64,000 nucleotides of DNA from Chthoniobacteraceae bacterium (GTDB lineage Bacteria > Verrucomicrobiota > Verrucomicrobiia > Chthoniobacterales > Chthoniobacteraceae): the NCBI GenBank assembly GCA_031409655.1, contig JANNXQ010000300.1, forward strand, positions 10,072 to 74,071, in the 5' to 3' direction. Numbering within the stretch: position 1 is the first letter of the stretch; the number at the start of each line of letters is the position of its first letter. Shown in pieces: positions 9,397 to 21,209 of this stretch. Under the pieces are notes generated by a model. The model was not told where the DNA came from. It saw only the letters and a list, made by a program, of their open reading frames with translations, and made no database searches. The position numbers and the translations under genes were made by a program.

Positions 9397-9996
9397 TCAG
9401 CGATATCGGGCGATGATGCCATTCGCAATGGCGTCCGCGAGCCGCTGGCGGTGCGTGGCGGAGCGGGCGATCCGCGCGCCTTCCTCGGGATTGGAAAGGA
9501 AGCCGCATTCGACGAGGACAGCCGGGCAGCGCGTCTTGCGGAGGACGTAGAAGGAACGCCGCCGCACGCTGCGATTTTCCGTGCCGGCGGCGGAGACCAC
9601 GCGTTTGTGGATGGAGGAAGCGAGGCCGGAACTGGCGCTGCCGTAGTAGTAGGTCTCGATGCCGCTGGCCGTTTTGCGCGGGGCGGCGTTGAAGTGGATG
9701 CTGATGAAGATGGCGCTGAGCTGGCGATTGGCGATGGCGCAACGCTGATCGAGTGAGACGAAGTAATCGCCGCTGCGCGTCATCACGGTGCGATAGCCAG
9801 CACTGCGCAGGCGGGACGAGAGGCGCTTGGCGACATCGAGGGCGTAGATTTTCTCGGCATACCGCTGCCCGGGCACGCCGCCGCGATCGTGACCACCATG
9901 GCCGGCGTCGATGACCACGGTGCTGATCGCCAGGGCGGGAGCGCTGGCGAAGATCCAGACCAGCAGAGCGCTGAGGAGAAGACCGGGTCGTGTCAT
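9397..9996 (-). CDS. N-acetylmuramoyl-L-alanine amidase (Amidase_3 family)
   Basis: Signal peptide; VVIDAGHGG, EK, MTR, FISIHFNA, PAVLVECGFLSN. Confidence 0.93.
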   Translation of the reverse strand: MTRPGLLLSALLVWIFASAPALAISTVVIDAGHGGHDRGGVPGQRYAEKIYALDVAKRLSSRLRSAGYRTVMTRSGDYFVSLDQRCAIANRQLSAIFISIHFNAAPRKTASGIETYYYGSASSGLASSIHKRVVSAAGTENRSVRRRSFYVLRKTRCPAVLVECGFLSNPEEGARIARSATHRQRLADAIANGIIARYR

Positions 9997-10055
9997 GAAG
10001 GGAAATCGAGCGCGGAACTCTTGGCGATAGGCCGCGGATTGCGAGCGGAAATTAT

Positions 10056-10183
10056 CCCGGGAGCGCCGCCGTCCCGTGCGGCAATGTCGCACCTGCGCGA
10101 AGCGCCAAACATCGATCGTCATCTTGAGAAAGGCGCTGCGCGCGTTTTGGAGGATTGGCGCACGGGACGGCGGCGCTCCCGGG
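10056..10183. repeat. REP-like inverted doublet between divergent genes
   Basis: cccgggagcgccgccgtcccgtgcg (10056-10080) is the exact reverse complement of 10159-10183; the match extends to 30 bp with one mismatch. Confidence 0.88.
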
Positions 10184-10244
10184 TGTCGGCAGTCGTTGCG
10201 CGGAATGCGCGGGCGTGGCTCAATGCCGCCCTGCTTGCCCGTCC

Positions 10245-12356
10245 ATGAAATTGATCGCCTTCCTCGCCGCCACGTTCTTCACCGCCAGCCCCGCGCCCCC
10301 GCAGAAACCGCAAACCCCGGCAGGGGAAGCGCCTGGCCCGTGGTTGCTCGGGACGATCGGCGTCGGCAAGCTGGCCGACGGTACGATGCAGACGACCGCG
10401 CTGAAAGGCCTCGCGATCAAGATCGGCGCACACGGCGAGGCGGCGGTCTGCTACGACCTCGACCTGTGCCGCCTGGCCGGCGCGTGGACGGGCGGAAAAT
10501 TCACGACGCCGATGAACCTGCTGTCGCGCGGCGAATACCCGACGGCGCTTGGCGACGTAGCCTTCACGACGCCACTGGTCGCGGGCTTCGTCAGCGGCGA
10601 AGCGAAGGAGCCGTGGCGTGATCCGCGCCCTGCTCCCTTTGGTCCGCTGCCGCTGGGGCAGGCGCGGTTCCGGGGCTTTTACGTGCATGGCGACAAGACG
10701 ATCCTGAAGTGGGAGATCGGCGGAAAGGAAGTGCTGGAGATGCCTCAATGGGAGGGAGGGAAAGTGGTGCGGTCGATCGAAGGTGAGGTGCCTCCGACGG
10801 GCCTTGAGGGCGTTTTTATTCAGCCGACGAAGGATTTGCGCAGGCTCACGGCGGGTGGTCCGGCGCGCTGGCCGGAGTCCGTCGTCACGCAGGGCGTTCT
10901 CTCCTCCGACAAAGATGCGGCCTACGTGGTGGACACGATCAAGCTGCCCGAAACGAATCCGTGGAATGCGCCGATGTTCGTCGGCGGATTCGACTTTTTC
11001 CGCGACGGACGCGCGGCGGTCTGCACCTTTCATGGGGATGTCTTCATCGTCTCGGGGATCGACGAGAAGCTGGAGCAGGTGACGTGGCGGCGCTTTGCCA
11101 GCGGGCTCTATCACGCGCTCGGGCTGAAGATCGTGAAGGGCGAGATCTATGTGACGTGCCGCGATGGACTCTGGCGCTTGCAGGATCTGAATGGCGACGG
11201 CGAGTGCGATTTCTACGAGGCCTTCAATCACGACATCATGGTGACGAAGAGCTTTCATGAATTCGTCTTCGACTTGCAGACCGATCCGCAGGGGAACTTC
11301 TACTTTGCCAAAGGCGGGCCGGTGAAGAATGGCGGGCACGGCTTCGATGAAATCTGCAAGCATCACGGCTCGCTGCTCCGGGTGTCGCCGGATGGGGCGC
11401 GGATGAGCGTCTCGGCCACGGGTTTTCGCGCGCCAAATGGGATCGGTTGCGGACCCGGCGGCGAGCTGACGACGGGCGACAATGAAGGCACTTGGACACC
11501 GGCCTGCAAAATCAACTGGCTCAAGGAAGGCGGCTTCTACGGCGTGGTGGATCTCGCGCAGCGCACGCCGCCGCCGCCCGACTACGACCGCCCGCTCTGC
11601 TGGTTGCCAAAGCGCGTGGACAACAGCGGCGGCAGCCAGGTCTGGGCGACGAGCGCAAAGTGGGGGCCGTGGCGCGATCAGCTCCTGCACTTGAGCTACG
11701 GGCGGTGCGCGCTCTACGGCGTGCTCAAGGAGGAGGTGCAAATCCCCGATGCGCCGGACTGCTGCGATCGCCAGATGCAGGGTGGAGTGGTGAAATTTCC
11801 GCTGAAGTTTGAGAGCGGGATCATGCGCGCGCGTTTCAATCCCAGGGACGGCCAGCTCTACGTGGCCGGACTGCGCGGGTGGCAGACGAGCGGGGTGAAA
11901 AACGGCTGCCTGCAGCGCGTGCGCTACACCGGCGCGCCGGTGCGAATGCCGCTGGCGCTGCGGGCGAAGAAGGGTGGGATCGAGATCGAATTTTCCTGCG
12001 CTCTGGAGGCGAAGAGCGCGGCGGATGTGGGGAACTGGAACATCGAGGTCTGGAATTACCTCTGGTCGAGTGCGTATGGGTCGCCGGAAATCTCGACGCT
12101 CGCGGTGCACGGCGAGCCAACGGAGTTCGACAAGAACGGGGTGCCGCAATTTAGCAAAGAGCAGAAGGCGAAGACGCAGCACGATCCGCTCGCGGTGAAA
12201 GCGGTGCGGCTCGGGGCGGATGGGAAGTCCGTCTTCCTCGAGATCCCGGACCTCAAGCCGGTGATGCAGATGGCGATCCGCTATCAGCTCGGCGCGGCGG
12301 ACGGCGCGGAGGTCAGCGGCGAAATCGTGAATACGATCCACGCCTTCGGAGAGTAG
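10245..12356 (+). CDS. Secreted PVC-type protein (DUF6797-like N-terminus plus glucose/sorbosone-dehydrogenase-like beta-propeller)
   Basis: Signal peptide MKLIAFLAA; YDLDLCRLAGAWTG, NPWNAPMFVGGFDF, WRRFASGL, DLNGDGECD, ATGFRAPNG, RARFNPRDGQLYVAGL. Confidence 0.75.
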   Translation: MKLIAFLAATFFTASPAPPQKPQTPAGEAPGPWLLGTIGVGKLADGTMQTTALKGLAIKIGAHGEAAVCYDLDLCRLAGAWTGGKFTTPMNLLSRGEYPTALGDVAFTTPLVAGFVSGEAKEPWRDPRPAPFGPLPLGQARFRGFYVHGDKTILKWEIGGKEVLEMPQWEGGKVVRSIEGEVPPTGLEGVFIQPTKDLRRLTAGGPARWPESVVTQGVLSSDKDAAYVVDTIKLPETNPWNAPMFVGGFDFFRDGRAAVCTFHGDVFIVSGIDEKLEQVTWRRFASGLYHALGLKIVKGEIYVTCRDGLWRLQDLNGDGECDFYEAFNHDIMVTKSFHEFVFDLQTDPQGNFYFAKGGPVKNGGHGFDEICKHHGSLLRVSPDGARMSVSATGFRAPNGIGCGPGGELTTGDNEGTWTPACKINWLKEGGFYGVVDLAQRTPPPPDYDRPLCWLPKRVDNSGGSQVWATSAKWGPWRDQLLHLSYGRCALYGVLKEEVQIPDAPDCCDRQMQGGVVKFPLKFESGIMRARFNPRDGQLYVAGLRGWQTSGVKNGCLQRVRYTGAPVRMPLALRAKKGGIEIEFSCALEAKSAADVGNWNIEVWNYLWSSAYGSPEISTLAVHGEPTEFDKNGVPQFSKEQKAKTQHDPLAVKAVRLGADGKSVFLEIPDLKPVMQMAIRYQLGAADGAEVSGEIVNTIHAFGE

Positions 12357-12362
12357 CCGCCG

Positions 12363-13481
12363 ATGCGCTACTTCGACCACAACGCGACGCATCCGCTTTC
12401 GGCAACGGCTCGGGCAGCGTGGCTGGAGGCAACGGAGCGTTTCATCGGGAATCCGTCTAGTCCGCATCGGATCGGTGCGCGCGCGGATGCGGCGCTGACG
12501 CAGGCGCGTGAAAAGCTCGCGGGCTGGCTCGGGTGCGAGCCGCTGGAGATCGTCTGGACCTCGGGCGCGACGGAGGCGAACAACACGGCGGTGCAGCATC
12601 TCGCGGCGTTGCCGGGTGAAGCCTGGGTCTCGGCGATCGAGCACCCGTGCCTGCTCGCGGCGACGCGGCGTTCCTTTGCGGGGAGGCATCGACTGATCCC
12701 GGTGCGACGCGATGGGACGGTCGATCCGGCGTGGGTCAGGGCCGCGCTGGTTGCCGCGAAGCCGGCGTTTGTCGCGGTGCTTGCGGCGAACAATGAGACG
12801 GGGGTGCTCCAGCCCTGGCGCGAGATCGCGGAGCAGTGTCGGGCGAAAGGCGTGCCTTTCCTCTGCGATGCGGCGCAATGGGCGGGCCGGCTGCCGGCGG
12901 GCGACTTGGGGGAGTGCGATTTCGTGAGCGGTTGCGCGCACAAGTCCGGCGGACCGCAAGGCGTGGGCTTTCTCAAATGCCCGCCGGATCTCCGCCCGCT
13001 GCTGCTCGGCGGCTCCCAGGAAGAAGGGCGTCGTGCGGGGACGGAAAACGTGGCCGGGGTGCTCGCGATGGTCGCCGCGTTTGAAGCGAGGCACATCGCG
13101 CTGGCTGACGGCGCGACGCTCAGCGAGCGCCGGCAATGGCGGGGTGAATTTGAGCATGCACTCTCTGGAGCGCTCCCAGGTGCCGAGATCGTGGGAGCGA
13201 GCGCCGAGCGACTTTGGAACACCGTCTCGGTGATCATGCCGGAGGCGCGGGACTGCCGGCAGCGCTGGGTGGTGAAACTCGACAAGCTGGGCTTTGCCAT
13301 CTCGACCGGGTCGGCGTGCGCGAGCGGGAAGGAAGAGACTTCGCCGGTACTCGCGGCGCTGGGCTACTCGCCAGAGGAAGCGGGACGCGCGCTGCGCTTC
13401 AGCAGCGGCTGGGAGACGACGCGCGAGGATTGGCGCGCGCTGCTCGGCGGAGTGCGGCAGGCCGCGCGAGAACTGGTCTGA
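12363..13481 (+). CDS. Cysteine desulfurase family protein (IscS/NifS-like)
   Basis: YFDHNAT, NPSSPH, WTSGATEANN, ANNETGVLQP, DAAQ, AHKSGGPQG (PLP Lys), RAGTEN, STGSACAS. Confidence 0.92.
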   Translation: MRYFDHNATHPLSATARAAWLEATERFIGNPSSPHRIGARADAALTQAREKLAGWLGCEPLEIVWTSGATEANNTAVQHLAALPGEAWVSAIEHPCLLAATRRSFAGRHRLIPVRRDGTVDPAWVRAALVAAKPAFVAVLAANNETGVLQPWREIAEQCRAKGVPFLCDAAQWAGRLPAGDLGECDFVSGCAHKSGGPQGVGFLKCPPDLRPLLLGGSQEEGRRAGTENVAGVLAMVAAFEARHIALADGATLSERRQWRGEFEHALSGALPGAEIVGASAERLWNTVSVIMPEARDCRQRWVVKLDKLGFAISTGSACASGKEETSPVLAALGYSPEEAGRALRFSSGWETTREDWRALLGGVRQAARELV

Positions 13482-13482
13482 A

Positions 13483-13635
13483 CAAGGAGCCGGGGCGCCC
13501 TCGCCCCGAGTTTGATACGATCCCGGGGCGGGGGGGTGGGGGGCTGGCCGCGCTTCACGTGTTCTTACAATGGCGGGGGGGCGCCCGCCCCCCTTTTTTT
13601 ATCCGCCCCGGGGGGGGGGGCCCCCCGGCTCCTTG
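13483..13635. repeat. REP-like inverted doublet with homopolymer-rich (probably mis-sequenced) interior
   Basis: caaggagccggggcgccctcgccccg on the left; ...ccccggctccttg on the right, with G/C runs in place of the expected bases. Confidence 0.65.
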
Positions 13636-13653
13636 CGTCTCGCGGCCGCCGGC

Positions 13654-14436
13654 TTACACCGGCTTCTTCGTCGAGCAGCCGAGGAGATTTTGCCGCGCGG
13701 CTTCGGTGATGGACTCGAGGTCGAGCATCGTCAGGAAGTCGATCGTCTTAAACTCGGGGTCGATCGCGGGCGGCCCGCACACTTTCGCCCCGATCGCGAG
13801 ATAGGCGCGGAGCAGGTGCGGGATGGCGATGGGTTTGTCGCCGAGGGGTGCGGCTTCCGGCAGCGTGTGGCCGGGCTTGGCCACGGTGCGGAAGTGCTCC
13901 GGCGCGAGATGTTCCTCGCTCAACGAGGCGTACATCGCGGCGCCGAGGGTGGCGTTTTGGGTGGGGTGTGAGCTGGAGCCGACGAGATACCGCGCGCGCC
14001 GGGCCTGGGAGTAGAGGGTGATGCCGCGCCAGAGGAGGTTCAGGACGCTGCGTTCACGGTGCTCGACGTGGAGGCAGGCGCGGCTGACTTCCACGAGCTC
14101 GAAGCGGATCGGGTCGAAGGGCGAAAAATCAAAGTGCCGGGCGTGACTGTAGCCGAGATTCAGCGCGGCGAGCTGGCCGGTCTGGAGGCGGCAGGTGGCG
14201 ACGACGGTGCCGGTGCGGACTTCTTCGATGAGCAGATGATCGCAGGCATTTTCAAAGCGGTCGCGGTCGAGGCCCGACAGGTAGGCGGAGTCGAGGCCGA
14301 GGCTGAGTTCGACATTGAAGGTCTCGAACCGGAGGCGCTGAGCGGCGAGGAGATCACCAGCATTTTGCGCGAGGCGGATTTGATAGCGACCAGCGGCGAT
14401 CGGTGGCGCACAGGGGGATGAGACGAGGGAATTCAT
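13654..14436 (-). CDS. GNAT family N-acyltransferase (OlsB/putative hemolysin-like)
   Basis: AAQRLRFETF, DRDRFENACDHLLI, VVATCRL, EVSRAC, LLRAYLAIGAKVCGPPAIDPEFKTIDF. Confidence 0.85.
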   Translation of the reverse strand: MNSLVSSPCAPPIAAGRYQIRLAQNAGDLLAAQRLRFETFNVELSLGLDSAYLSGLDRDRFENACDHLLIEEVRTGTVVATCRLQTGQLAALNLGYSHARHFDFSPFDPIRFELVEVSRACLHVEHRERSVLNLLWRGITLYSQARRARYLVGSSSHPTQNATLGAAMYASLSEEHLAPEHFRTVAKPGHTLPEAAPLGDKPIAIPHLLRAYLAIGAKVCGPPAIDPEFKTIDFLTMLDLESITEAARQNLLGCSTKKPV

Positions 14437-14519
14437 CAAAGCGAGCGCATACTGTGAATTCCATAGCGACTAAGCAAGCCGCGAAATCGGGAAATTTCAG
14501 GTTCCCGGCTCCGGTGATG

Positions 14520-16079
14520 TTATTTCGCGGGCGAGGGCGGGAGCCAGAGCGTTCGCTTCTTCGACAGGGTCGTGGGTCGAAATCCGTGAGCCTGGGCGTA
14601 GGCGAGCAAGGGCTTCTCGAGTTTCTCGGCCTCTACCCCAGTGAGGATCGCGGCCGGAGGGTCGTTTTGGAGGAATGCTTCCAGATCGGCGGGAGCCACG
14701 AGCTTGAGGCGGCGCCGCCGTTCCGGTTCGGCAAACTCCGCGCTGCGCCACGCGAATGGGCCGGTGGCAAACTCGGGATAGATCCGCCCACCGCCCTCCA
14801 GCACCCAGGTCGGCGCGAGAGTGAGCACTTTGCCGTTCGGCGCGAGCTGCTGAATCGTCAGCCCGAGACTCCGCACCTTCGCGGGAAACCACTCCGCCGG
14901 CCGTCCGATGCGCCCGAGCCAGGCAAAGGCCGACGGGCCACCTTCCCGCAGAGTGGCGATCAGGAGCGAGACGAGGGAGATCGCGGCGAGCGAGCCTGCG
15001 AAGATCCGCCGGCGCCCGGTGGATGCCGCACCAAAGATCACGCCGAGCACCAGGAGCGGCGCAAAGATGAAGTAGTGCTGATACTGGTACCGCGAGGGCG
15101 CGAAGCAGCCAAGCAGCACAAAGGGCAGGACGCAGAGGAGCAAGGCGCAGGCGTGGCCGCCAGGCTGGCGGCGCCGCAGCCACGCCCAGCCTGGCCGGAT
15201 GCCGAGCACGATGTAGCCGAGAAAAAGCGGCCAGCTCGGGACGATGATCTCCTTCACGAAATACCGCACCTTTCGCCACCACGTCATGGTCCGGCGGATG
15301 CGCGTGTTCTCCGGATCGAGCAGGCGGAGCCGGGGAAATTCCAGATTGCCGAAGAGGAACGCCTCGCGGTCGGTGACGAGAAACCAGAGCGAGGGCGCGC
15401 AGGCGGCGATGGTGGCGGCGGTGAAAGTCGCGGTATGGGCGAGGCGGCGGCGCAGCGGCAGCAGCAGGAGCAGCGGGAAGAGGGCAAATGGGACTGCCAC
15501 CGGAGCAAAGGTCAGCCGGGTGCCGAGCGCGAGGCCAATGGCGCCGCCGCTCGCGGCCATGCAAAGGAGCGAGTCCCGCCGGGCCGCCACGAGGTGCAAG
15601 AGCACCGCGGCCACGGTCAGAAACGCGGGTAGCTCATGATTCCACGTCTTCCCGCAGGCGGAAAAGACGGTGAGCGGATCGCTGAGGAAAAGCACCAGCG
15701 CACCGCAGCCAAAGAGCCAGCGGGCGAGCGGTCGGGCGTCGCGCGCCAGCCGCGTGGCGGCGAGGAAACAGAGCACCGCGACGGCGGTGGTGCTGGCGGC
15801 GGAGAGGAGTTTCGCGGAGAGCAGGAGCCGGCCGGTGACGCGGTCCAGCGCGCCGTAGAGGAGGACGAGATTTGGGAGATGAAAGAGCGGGTAGTCGCGG
15901 TAGGGCAGGAGGCCCTCGCGGGAGAGGAGCGCCGCCGGGGCGAGGAACTGATGCTCGTCGTGGTTCAGATCCCGGTCCATGGCCCGGAAGAAGACAAACG
16001 CGCAGGCCAGCCCGAGGGTGAGCCAGGTGAGGATTCGCAGGGAACTGGAGGTCGGTGCGCCCAAGAGGCGGCACTTCAT
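14520..16079 (-). CDS. Polytopic membrane protein, GT-C/ArnT-like glycosyltransferase
   Basis: N-terminal TM followed by DLNHDEHQF and LPYRDYPLFHLP, many TM helices, YQHYF motif. Start codon uncertain. Confidence 0.65.
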   Translation of the reverse strand: MKCRLLGAPTSSSLRILTWLTLGLACAFVFFRAMDRDLNHDEHQFLAPAALLSREGLLPYRDYPLFHLPNLVLLYGALDRVTGRLLLSAKLLSAASTTAVAVLCFLAATRLARDARPLARWLFGCGALVLFLSDPLTVFSACGKTWNHELPAFLTVAAVLLHLVAARRDSLLCMAASGGAIGLALGTRLTFAPVAVPFALFPLLLLLPLRRRLAHTATFTAATIAACAPSLWFLVTDREAFLFGNLEFPRLRLLDPENTRIRRTMTWWRKVRYFVKEIIVPSWPLFLGYIVLGIRPGWAWLRRRQPGGHACALLLCVLPFVLLGCFAPSRYQYQHYFIFAPLLVLGVIFGAASTGRRRIFAGSLAAISLVSLLIATLREGGPSAFAWLGRIGRPAEWFPAKVRSLGLTIQQLAPNGKVLTLAPTWVLEGGGRIYPEFATGPFAWRSAEFAEPERRRRLKLVAPADLEAFLQNDPPAAILTGVEAEKLEKPLLAYAQAHGFRPTTLSKKRTLWLPPSPAK

Positions 16080-16133
16080 AGTCCTGCGCGCGAAGCGTGG
16101 CAAGGAACGCCACTCGATCCCGCAGCGATCCCC

Positions 16134-16174
16134 AAAAAACGAATCCCCCTCGTTCCGTTGCCGGAACGAGGGGA
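16134..16174 (-). terminator. Rho-independent terminator downstream of the PEP-CTERM gene
   Basis: 12-bp stem cccctcgttccg/cggaacgagggg with a 4-nt loop, followed on the minus strand by gattcgtttttt. Confidence 0.7.
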
Positions 16175-16204
16175 ACCGTGGGGGGAGGGATTCTTTCAGT
16201 AGGA

Positions 16205-16969
16205 CTAGACCTTGGCGGGCACTGGCTGGCGACGACGGCTGCGGCCCATGTCGCGGAAGGCAACGAAGGAACCGAGCACGAGGCCCGCGAGCGCCGTGGC
16301 CGGCTCCGGGACCGCCGCTGGAGCGAAGCCGGACGTGATCGCAGTGCCAAAGCTGGACACGACCTCACTATTCACGCTCTGGAAGAAACGCGCATTCGTG
16401 CGGATGAGCAGGAACTCCGAAGTTTGGCCGGAATCGACATTGCCTGGACCGCCAAGGAACCCCGACGGATCGAAGTCAAAACTAGCAGTATCCGACGCGA
16501 TAGTCGGGAGCCTGTCCGCGCTGAAAGCGGGCTTGGTGCCGATCACATTGCCACCAAAGTTAAGACCGATTCCGGTGAGACCATTGGTGACGTAGTTCAT
16601 CTCCAATTGATCGCCTGCGCCCGTCCCAAAGTCGTTGAATCCATCAAGGGCGAGTCGAAAAATATCCGAACCCAAGCCCGGTCCGCCCGGGGTCGTGTTC
16701 GCAACTTGAAAATAAAAGTCGAGCAGACCAGAACCATTCTGGACCACGACTGACCGGAGAGTGCCCTGGAACAGAGCGCTCGGTTCGACGAAACCAACGG
16801 TCAAGTCACCGACGACATTACCGCCAAAGTTCGTCGTGCCTGCGAGAGGCACTGGGCCACCACCGGGAGCGACCAAGGCGGCTTGGCTAGTGGTCATGGC
16901 GACGATTGAAAGAATGCCCGTTAAAGGAGCAGCCCAACGTTTTAATTGATTCATATTTTTTGCGTTCAT
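16205..16969 (-). CDS. PEP-CTERM sorting-domain surface protein
   Basis: Signal peptide; Gly/Thr/Ser/Asn-rich body; C-terminal VPEPAT, hydrophobic helix and RSRRR. Confidence 0.9.
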   Translation of the reverse strand: MNAKNMNQLKRWAAPLTGILSIVAMTTSQAALVAPGGGPVPLAGTTNFGGNVVGDLTVGFVEPSALFQGTLRSVVVQNGSGLLDFYFQVANTTPGGPGLGSDIFRLALDGFNDFGTGAGDQLEMNYVTNGLTGIGLNFGGNVIGTKPAFSADRLPTIASDTASFDFDPSGFLGGPGNVDSGQTSEFLLIRTNARFFQSVNSEVVSSFGTAITSGFAPAAVPEPATALAGLVLGSFVAFRDMGRSRRRQPVPAKV

Positions 16970-17354
16970 TTCGGTTCGAATTTGGAAACTTGCAGCGACC
17001 GGCGATTAGGTTTTTGCGATTTCGGCGCTGCTTTTCTAGGGAATACTCAATTCTCCGAGGCTTCGTCAAATTATTTTCACAGAAATTATAAGGCGTGTCG
17101 ATGAGCCCCCTGAGCCGCAGGGAGGAATCGCACCTCCTTTCCGGGGGTGTGAAAGGTGGCCGTTTCCGCATTTGCATCCTTGTCGAATCCCGAGCGGGCA
17201 CGGATGACGACGAGGATGGAGAAGAAGATGCAGAGGAGGATAAGGAGGGAAGCATTCGCCGAACGACCTGTGTGCTGGCCATGGGACTCCCGATCGCGCG
17301 GGTTCTCGTGGCCTCGGGGCTTGTGTCGCCCGTCCTGCCTGCAATGCTCGCCAA

Positions 17355-18041
17355 ATGCCCACCCGCTTCCTTCGCCTCGTAGCGCTCGCTATTGCACCCC
17401 TCATTTCCGGATGCGCCAACCAGCCGGCGGGGAAGCGACGTGACCTTTCGGGCATCCGCAAAGTCGCGGTCAGCTACGCGCCTGCGGATGCACTTGGCAC
17501 GGGCGAGCCTTCCGTCGCCGGAAAGATCGCCGGGCGGGCGGTGCGGCACGGGGTTTCCATCGGTCTCGGCAGCCTGCAGCTCGGACTTTTCGCCGGCTTG
17601 ATCGGTGACGTGGCGGATCTCTCGCACTCTTCATCGAAGAAGGGCGGCCGCAATGTCTCCCAGGAAGTGCTCACCCTCTTGAGCGCTGCGCGCACCGATC
17701 CCGCCTGGCTGGTGGCCCAGCGGACTCAGGCCGAGGTCACCCGTGGTGGGCGGTTCACGATCAGCCAGACAAATCCCGACGCGCTCTTCGACTTCGAGCT
17801 GCGGCAAGCGCGTCTCGAGCCTGTGGACCGGCTCGGTTTCCAGCAGCGCGCCGTCCTCGGGGTCAAGGCGAGCCTCCGCGACCGGGCCGGCGGGTTGGTG
17901 TGGAACGGCGAAAGTGTCGTGACTTCCGCGCGGAGCCGGACGTGGCAGGAATACCGGGAGCGACCGACGCGATTGCGTGCGGAATTCGACGTGCTGGCGC
18001 GGATCGTGGCGCGGGACTTGGTGGCCGATCTCGGACGCTAA
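17355..18041 (+). CDS. Hypothetical lipoprotein
   Basis: Lipobox ISGC after a hydrophobic stretch; 228-aa ORF filling the gap before gcvP. Confidence 0.65.
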   Translation: MPTRFLRLVALAIAPLISGCANQPAGKRRDLSGIRKVAVSYAPADALGTGEPSVAGKIAGRAVRHGVSIGLGSLQLGLFAGLIGDVADLSHSSSKKGGRNVSQEVLTLLSAARTDPAWLVAQRTQAEVTRGGRFTISQTNPDALFDFELRQARLEPVDRLGFQQRAVLGVKASLRDRAGGLVWNGESVVTSARSRTWQEYRERPTRLRAEFDVLARIVARDLVADLGR

Positions 18042-18075
18042 CCTTCCTCCTTCGAACTAGGGAGGAAGAGGAAGA

Positions 18076-20985
<2,910 letters not shown>

Positions 20986-20991
20986 CGGCGG

Positions 20992-21019
20992 AGGCTAGAA
21001 AGCGCGCCGGGTGAAGCAA
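20992..21019 (-). promoter_or_regulatory. Candidate sigma70 promoter giving a leaderless gcvP mRNA
   Basis: Minus strand TTGCTT-N16-TAGCCT-N6-ATG; no Shine-Dalgarno sequence. Confidence 0.55.
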
Positions 21020-21209
21020 GCGGGATTTGGCAAACGCTCTCTCTCGATACGAGCAAGACCTCCAGCGGACGCACCGCGGACGAAGTCTGGGCCAGGAATC
21101 CAACGGGAAGGTTCGTCATTTGTAGGTTTGACACCGACACCGCCGCTGCCTTTCCTTGCCACCGCAAACACGCCAGCACGGCTTCGCTGGCCACATCCCC
21201 TCAGCCATT

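Noticed and set aside
13524..13626. Functional G-quadruplex or poly-G phase-variation tract
   Set aside because: Better explained as a sequencing-degraded copy of the flanking inverted repeat; it cannot be trusted without reads.
17095..17382. 95-aa acidic ORF and purine-rich GAGGAA/GATGA runs (also 18062-18089 and 40538-40564)
   Set aside because: Low-complexity degenerate repeats; no convincing protein or defined element boundaries.
20986..21209. Glycine riboswitch upstream of gcvP
   Set aside because: No GGAGA...CCGAAG...CTCTCAGG aptamer core on the minus strand, and a promoter-like motif sits directly before the ATG.
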